From: Candidatus Electronema halotolerans
Lineage (GTDB): Bacteria > Desulfobacterota > Desulfobulbia > Desulfobulbales > Desulfobulbaceae
DNA: 32,000 nucleotides
Direction of reading: 5' to 3'
Assembly: GCA_942493095.1 (NCBI GenBank)
Contig: OW818675.1
Coordinates: 1,050,001 to 1,082,000 of the forward strand
The notes beneath the pieces are model-generated. The model was not told the origin of the DNA. It saw only the letters and a program-made list of their open reading frames with translations, and made no database searches. Below are positions 27,367-32,000 of the stretch, one piece after another. The position numbers and the translations under genes were made by a program. Every line of letters begins with the position of its first letter. Within the stretch, counting starts at the first letter, position 1.

Positions 27367-27597
27367 CTATGCTGCACGGGCTTCAAGATGATTTGAAATG
27401 ATCATTTTGATCAAAGACTGCCGGGGAACGCCGAGCCGTCCGGCCTCTCTGTCCAGCAGGCTGATCATCCAGATGGGAAAATCCACATTGACCCGCCGCT
27501 GTTCATGGCCGGGCCGTCGTGCCTTGGCAAGGTCAAGCAGGCCGGTGATGTCTTCTTCACCGTCATCAAATTTTTTGTCAAACTCTTCAGCCTTCAT
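27367..27597 (-). CDS. brnA: CopG/RHH-type antitoxin partner of BrnT (BrnA-like)
   Basis: MKAEEFDKKFDDGEEDITGLLDL..RRVNVDFPIWMISLLDREAGRLGVPRQSLIK. The ATG 27597 overlaps the brnT stop by 11 nt. Confidence 0.8.
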   Translation of the reverse strand: MKAEEFDKKFDDGEEDITGLLDLAKARRPGHEQRRVNVDFPIWMISLLDREAGRLGVPRQSLIKMIISNHLEARAA

Positions 27598-27847
27598 AGA
27601 GTGCGGCCTCCTCTTTCCGGGAGCGGCGGACTGAGATGATGCGCAGCCGTCCGTTCCGCCGCGTGACAACAGCCGACCAATGCTTTCCGTCCATTTTGCC
27701 GATGATCAGAAAGCGCGGCTCATCAACGCAGCGGGCTGGAATTTCGATCAAATCAAGGTCATTCCAGAGAGCCTGCGCCTCAATGAAATCAATCCCGTGC
27801 TTTTCCTTATTGGCTGCGCTTTTCTGCGGGTCAAATTCAAAGTCCAT
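27587..27847 (-). CDS. brnT: BrnT-family (DUF497) ribonuclease toxin
   Basis: 86 aa. FEFDP.K...N..KHGI.F.EA..++.D and ..IISVRRSRKEE are typical of DUF497. Confidence 0.85.
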   Translation of the reverse strand: MDFEFDPQKSAANKEKHGIDFIEAQALWNDLDLIEIPARCVDEPRFLIIGKMDGKHWSAVVTRRNGRLRIISVRRSRKEEAALYEG

Positions 27848-27857
27848 AAGTATAATA

Positions 27858-27885
27858 ATTATACCTTAAAAGGACATTTTGTCCA
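27858..27885 (-). promoter_or_regulatory. candidate brnTA promoter with palindromic operator
   Basis: On the minus strand: TGGACA (27880-27885), a 16-nt spacer, then TATAAT (27858-27863), 10 nt before the brnT ATG. The palindrome GGACA-TTT-TGTCC (27872-27884) overlaps the -35. Confidence 0.35.
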
Positions 27886-27909
27886 ATGCGGACTTGTCTT
27901 CGCCAGATT

Positions 27910-28673
27910 TTTCTAAGCTGCCTGTGCGGCAGTGAATCCGTCAAAATCTGCGAGCTGCTGCAAGACAGTCTCAAAGCCATTCCCTTTCTAAGCTGCCTGT
28001 GCGGCAGTAAACGCGCTGATCGAAGCGGCAAAAAAGATGCTACTTTTCTAAGCTGCCTGTGCGGCAGTAAGCTACTGCGATGCGGCAATCTCCAAGATCA
28101 TCAATTTCTAAGCTGCCTGTGCGGCAGTGAAGAATCATGTCGCCGAAATCAACCACGTCTTTCCTTTCTAAGCTGCCTGTGCGGCAGTGAAGCACGATGA
28201 CTTTCCGGGCCTGCACAGCAGCCCTTTCTAAGCTGCCTGTGCGGCAGTGAAGGTGCTGGTTTTGCAGCTTTAACCCGGACTGCATTTTCTAAGCTGCCTG
28301 TGCGGCAGTGAATTTGGCTTTCCGGTTTTTGGGTCAACCTGCGCATTTCTAAGCTGCCTGTGCGGCAGTGAATTAGCGCGACCGGGCAAGCAGCAGGTCA
28401 GGGTTTTTCTAAGCTGCCTGTGCGGCAGTGAATCCAGTCTCCAGCCACGCTTCCTGCTCTTTTGCTTTCTAAGCTGCCTGTGCGGCAGTAAACTTCGCAA
28501 CGGCGCGTGGAATCAGCGGGATAACTTTCTAAGCTGCCTGTGCGGCAGTGAAGTCCGGCTACACGCTGGACGGCACGACTGTGGCTTTCTAAGCTGCCTG
28601 TGCGGCAGTGAACACGGATCAGCTACAATGTGCAGAAGGTGTTTCTTTCTAAGCTGCCTGTGCGGCAGTAAGC
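27910..28673 (-). CRISPR. CRISPR array with 13 type I-F repeats (28 nt) and 12 spacers
   Basis: Repeats start at 27910, 27985, 28045, 28105, 28165, 28225, 28286, 28346, 28406, 28466, 28526, 28586 and 28646. The minus-strand consensus is GTTCACTGCCGCACAGGCAGCTTAGAAA, versus the Pseudomonas I-F repeat GTTCACTGCCGTRTAGGCAGCTAAGAAA. Spacer lengths are 47, 32, 32, 32, 32, 33, 32, 32, 32, 32, 32 and 32 nt. Confidence 0.95.
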
Positions 28674-28677
28674 AAGA

Positions 28678-28706
28678 AGTTTAACATGAAGCTGTTCAGT
28701 TGTCAA
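28678..28706 (-). promoter_or_regulatory. candidate promoter in the 48-bp cas3-to-array gap (minimal leader)
   Basis: On the minus strand: TTGACA (28701-28706), a 17-nt spacer, then TAAACT (28678-28683). This places the start site at about the first repeat. Confidence 0.3.
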
Positions 28707-28721
28707 AGATCATGACAGATG

Positions 28722-31712
28722 CTACAGTGCTTGATGTGCGCCAACGTCCTGATGATACATCCATTTGCCAATGTCGCTCAACTGCCGCAGCCGCAACACG
28801 CCAAATCTGCGACAGACATCCGCCAGCTCCATGTCCAGCTTTTTCGCCAGCCTCCGCAGCTCAACCGACAGATCGCAGCTGCCCCAAGTTAAAACACCAT
28901 CCGCACATTCCAGCTCGATTCGTTCAAACTCATTCTCGCACGGAATCAAGCTGTTGTCGCGCTCATTCACTTTCTTGAATGCCAGCTCGTCATCTTCATC
29001 ATCAGCATACAGCAGATATTCAAAATCAGGCTCAGATTTACGGAACGGCGTGCGTCGTTGCAGCTCATAACACCATGTCGCCTGCTTCTCCCACCACAAC
29101 GCCGCGTATTTCTGCTTTGCTCCCGCACCAAACAGCTCTGCTTCAAGGTGAACGTGTTCAAGATCAGCAAGATTTCCCCTCGCATCCAACGGCTCACGCT
29201 CGATGATGCGCGGAATTGAACTGACACGCTCAAGCTGACTGCTGAAATCAAGCAGCTCGCGCAGATCATGGCTTCTCAATGCAAATTCCGGCTGTCTTGA
29301 TTCAAAGCCGGGATGGCAATATGCCGGACGCTCTCCGGTCATCGCTCTGTAGTTTTTGCTGAGAACCAGCAGATTCGGCGTGCTTGGTGCCTTTCCCTGC
29401 CGGTGCCGCCGGATGCGCCCGGCCAGCTGAATCAGCGAGCGCATCGAGCTGGGTTCCGCAACCGCCCAGTCGTAATCATGATCACGCCCCACTTCCGCCA
29501 CCGGGCTGGCGAGAACCACGAAAATCTGATCCTCTTCCGGGAAGCTGTCCAAAGCCGCCCGGACAGCAGGATGCCGCCAGATTGCCTGCTCGTCCTTGCG
29601 GTTCAGCACCTCGTCCAGCATCCGCTCCATCGCCGAACGCACCGCAAGCGGGTGCTGGCTGTGATAGACGCAATAATGCAGATGATGCCCGGCGGGCGGC
29701 GGCATGGTCAGCAGCTCTTTGGCAACAGCGGCCAGCGGCCTGATGTTCGCCATCCGCACCAAGCCGACTGAAATCTTTCGGCCCGCATCCTGTCCTGCGC
29801 CGCTTTGCCCATGCTCATCGTGCAGTCGAAAGACAACCCCGTGTATTGCCTCGGCCAGCGCGCGCACTGCTGCTGCCGGAGCCAGCTTCTCCCCGCTCAC
29901 CGGCAGCAGCGCAGCCCGGCGCATTGGCTCCGCCTTGTTCAGCCGCTCCGCCCGCTGGCAGGCAAACTGCTGATGCGCCTCGGCAAAGCCTTTTTCATCT
30001 GCATGGTCGCTCTGCGCTGCCCGGTCTTCATCAAACCAGGCGCAGCAGACTGCCGGAGGCCAGTCCGGCTGCTCGCCGCAGCTGCGCTGATACACTGTCC
30101 GGCCTGCCAAGTAAGCGGCAAACAAGGCTTTGATCAACGCGGGCGGCAGCGTGGCTGAGGAAATCAGCGCCCGCGAGCCGAGCAGGCCCGCCCAATGCAC
30201 AAGGCGGCAAAGGGCGTGGGTGTCAGCAAGATCAAAATCATCCGGCTCGTCAAGAATCAGATCCGAGGTGAGCAGGCGGAGCATGGGCGCAATCTGTTTG
30301 CCGCCCCGCGCCCCTTCTGTGGCTGGCATCAGATGATCAATCGTGCTGACTAAAATCGGCGCGCTGACCAATTGCAGCAGCTTGGGCGAATGCTTCAGCC
30401 AAAGGCCGATGCGGCTGCCCGCCAAGTCGCCCTCATAGAGCAGATGCTGATCCGCGTCAAAGAGGTCTTCGCCGGATTCCGAGCCGGAGCCGCTGACCTG
30501 CTCCTCCTGCCGCAGCTCATGCAGTTGCCGCACCGCCTGCGAGCCGATCAGCACGGCCAATTCATCTTCCTGAAGACGCAGCCGCTGCCGCAGCGCGTCG
30601 CCGGTCTGCAAGGTCAGGGTGCGCAGACCCAAGGCGATGCTGAAACGGCAGCCGCGCCGTTCGTCCGCCAGCCCGTACATGATCCTGCCGTTGGCAAAGG
30701 TCTTGCCGCAGCCGGTCGATGCCATGTTGATGCCGAAAAAGCCCTGCCGCTCCGAGCGCGTCCGCACCGCGCAGGCTATGTCAAAAGCTGCGTCCTGCCA
30801 GGCAAAGCGGCCTCTGCCGCTCCGCTGCCTGAAGCCCTTGTGCCGGGCGAGAGCAGGGAGATGACGACGGAGCTGCGGCAGCCGCCGCGCCAGCAGCACC
30901 GCGTGATGAGCCACGCCAATCAAGTGCTCGTCCAAGTGCTGCTTTTTCTCGCCAGTCTTGCGGTCAGTATTGGCTAACAGCTTGCATTTCTTGTCCCGCC
31001 AGACTGCGGCAGGCTCATGCGCCGACCAGATGTGATCGCCCAGCATCAGGGCCAGCCGGGCTGTGTGCATGGAAAAGACATCAGCCAGCCAGTCCTTTTC
31101 TCCGCTGAAGAGATCAGGCCGCCGCAAGGCCCGCTTGGCTAATGAGACCGCTGTCTTCTGCCACGTCGAGCTTTTCAGCGGCAATCCCTTGGCAAAGCTC
31201 CAGTTGTCCGCAATTTCCTTTACCTTCCAACTCTCCAAGCACTGAGGAGAATTCCAGCACGGCTCCAAGGCGGCGTTGAGGAATTCATCCGCCCGGCTGA
31301 CTGGCGGCTCTCCCTGCTGACCAGCAGCCTGCAACGGCCACTGCGGCAGCCGGTGGTGCGAGAGTATCAGCCAACCGATAATCCGGGCCAGCGGCTGGCC
31401 CTGCGCCTGCCAGAGCTTGAAGGGCTTGTCTTTGCTGCTCTGGCCAGTGCTGTCGCTGATCAGAGCGGCCAGCAGCACCTGTTCATCAATCTCCTGCGGC
31501 CTGAGCAGCCGCTCCAGCCAGTCCCGGTCAGGCAGCGTTCCGACAAAGGCTTGGAACAGGCGCAAAGACAGCCACTCATGGCGAAAGGCTTCAAAGGACT
31601 TGCCCTTGCCGCGCAGTTTCTTCTGAAACAGGACGTTTGCCTTGCCCAGATCGTGAAACAGCCCGGCCAAGCCTGCCAGCAGGGCGATGTCCTCGCTGAT
31701 ATTGTTGTTCAA
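28722..31712 (-). CDS. cas3: type I-F-like Cas3 HD nuclease/helicase without the N-terminal Cas2 domain
   Basis: 996 aa. HD motifs LFHDLGKA, HEWLSLRLF and LSHHRLP. Helicase motifs ASTGCGKT, LILDEPDDFD, VAEVGRDHDYDW and QLAGRIRRH. Collinear with P. aeruginosa Cas2/3 from its HD domain onward (from memory). TTG start with AGGAGG 8 nt upstream. Confidence 0.9.
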   Translation of the reverse strand: MNNNISEDIALLAGLAGLFHDLGKANVLFQKKLRGKGKSFEAFRHEWLSLRLFQAFVGTLPDRDWLERLLRPQEIDEQVLLAALISDSTGQSSKDKPFKLWQAQGQPLARIIGWLILSHHRLPQWPLQAAGQQGEPPVSRADEFLNAALEPCWNSPQCLESWKVKEIADNWSFAKGLPLKSSTWQKTAVSLAKRALRRPDLFSGEKDWLADVFSMHTARLALMLGDHIWSAHEPAAVWRDKKCKLLANTDRKTGEKKQHLDEHLIGVAHHAVLLARRLPQLRRHLPALARHKGFRQRSGRGRFAWQDAAFDIACAVRTRSERQGFFGINMASTGCGKTFANGRIMYGLADERRGCRFSIALGLRTLTLQTGDALRQRLRLQEDELAVLIGSQAVRQLHELRQEEQVSGSGSESGEDLFDADQHLLYEGDLAGSRIGLWLKHSPKLLQLVSAPILVSTIDHLMPATEGARGGKQIAPMLRLLTSDLILDEPDDFDLADTHALCRLVHWAGLLGSRALISSATLPPALIKALFAAYLAGRTVYQRSCGEQPDWPPAVCCAWFDEDRAAQSDHADEKGFAEAHQQFACQRAERLNKAEPMRRAALLPVSGEKLAPAAAVRALAEAIHGVVFRLHDEHGQSGAGQDAGRKISVGLVRMANIRPLAAVAKELLTMPPPAGHHLHYCVYHSQHPLAVRSAMERMLDEVLNRKDEQAIWRHPAVRAALDSFPEEDQIFVVLASPVAEVGRDHDYDWAVAEPSSMRSLIQLAGRIRRHRQGKAPSTPNLLVLSKNYRAMTGERPAYCHPGFESRQPEFALRSHDLRELLDFSSQLERVSSIPRIIEREPLDARGNLADLEHVHLEAELFGAGAKQKYAALWWEKQATWCYELQRRTPFRKSEPDFEYLLYADDEDDELAFKKVNERDNSLIPCENEFERIELECADGVLTWGSCDLSVELRRLAKKLDMELADVCRRFGVLRLRQLSDIGKWMYHQDVGAHQAL

Positions 31713-31749
31713 TCTCTCCGCCTCCTATGGCCCCTATAGGACAATCCAA

Positions 31750-32000
31750 TCAAAACCACGGCACTGTGGCCGTGCTGCTCAGGCCGTAATCCGAGAAACT
31801 GCCCGGCTGCGGGCTGTCCTGCACCCTGCCCTGCTCAATGAAAAGCAAAAACTGCTGGCCAGTGGATGCGCTTCTCAGGCGGACATGCGGCAGCTTGAGC
31901 CGCTCCTCCTCAGTTGCTGCCGCCTTGACTGCCAGCTCGTCCGCACTCAGACGGCCATTGCGCACTGAGCGCCGGTAGAGCCGCTCCGCGCTGCTCTTAG
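31750..32000 (-). CDS. partial ORF (open to the window edge), candidate detached Cas2-like domain
   Basis: The frame is open from nt 31998 to TGA 31750-31752 (..KSSAERLYRRSVRNGRLSADELAV..LPHVRLRSASTGQQFLLFIEQG..TATVPWF*). Position and loose pattern resemble the Cas2 part of Cas2/3 (..FAERRGERTWQ..AVACHWIR....ELLWIVG..GAVPTN). The similarity is weak and judged by eye. Confidence 0.4.
   Translation of the reverse strand, partial: KSSAERLYRRSVRNGRLSADELAVKAAATEEERLKLPHVRLRSASTGQQFLLFIEQGRVQDSPQPGSFSDYGLSSTATVPWF

Noticed and set aside
27598-27669. 100-aa version of the antitoxin ORF (start 27669)
   Set aside because: The extra 24 codons overlap brnT. The family N-terminus MKAEEFD.. begins at ATG 27597, with the usual toxin-stop/antitoxin-start overlap.
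27837-28500. Track ORFs 27837-28088(-), 27886-28200(+), 28040-28285(-), 28149-28346(-) and 28270-28500(-), with recurring LPHRQLRK / FLSCLCGS peptides
   Set aside because: They are translations of the CRISPR repeats. The periodic peptide motif comes from the 60-nt repeat-spacer period, not from coding sequence.

Overview
This is a GC-rich chromosomal window, roughly 55-60% GC by eye. Its gene content looks like a Desulfobacterota (deltaproteobacterial) genome, but the taxon is inference only. Positions 1-27240 are mostly core genes. In order they are two stand-alone CZB zinc-sensor paralogues, rsmE, a zinc-ribbon/PAS/GGDEF/EAL protein, cobO, a TlpA-like thioredoxin, bioG, and a pilT-like ATPase with a zinc-ribbon/pseudo-receiver partner. 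These are followed by rpsA-ihfB, nadC, an AmmeMemoRadiSam radical SAM enzyme, ychF, an aminotransferase, a DUF1311 protein, bioC, hisS, an NMO-family flavoenzyme, pcnB, a ybeD-like gene, ispH, can and recJ. Several oddities sit among these genes. A 186-bp inverted-repeat (MITE-like) element lies exactly where the second CZB gene is truncated. An AT-rich islet carries a near-consensus promoter and a small secreted protein. One acidic protein is built from five ~60-nt tandem repeats. There is an IS481-type transposase stub, and the can gene is strikingly low in GC. The right end (27249-32000) is an accessory island. It lies entirely on the minus strand and abuts the recJ start codon. It contains a 34-codon higA fragment, a brnT/CopG-type antitoxin pair, a 13-repeat CRISPR array with type I-F repeats, a Cas3f-like HD-helicase that lacks the Cas2 domain, and a separate upstream ORF that resembles the detached Cas2 domain. 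The most interesting signal is this non-canonical I-F layout. cas2 and cas3 appear un-fused, and the array starts 48 bp after the cas3 stop with no Csy/Cascade or cas6f genes in between. All family assignments come from motif recognition by eye; no database search was run.
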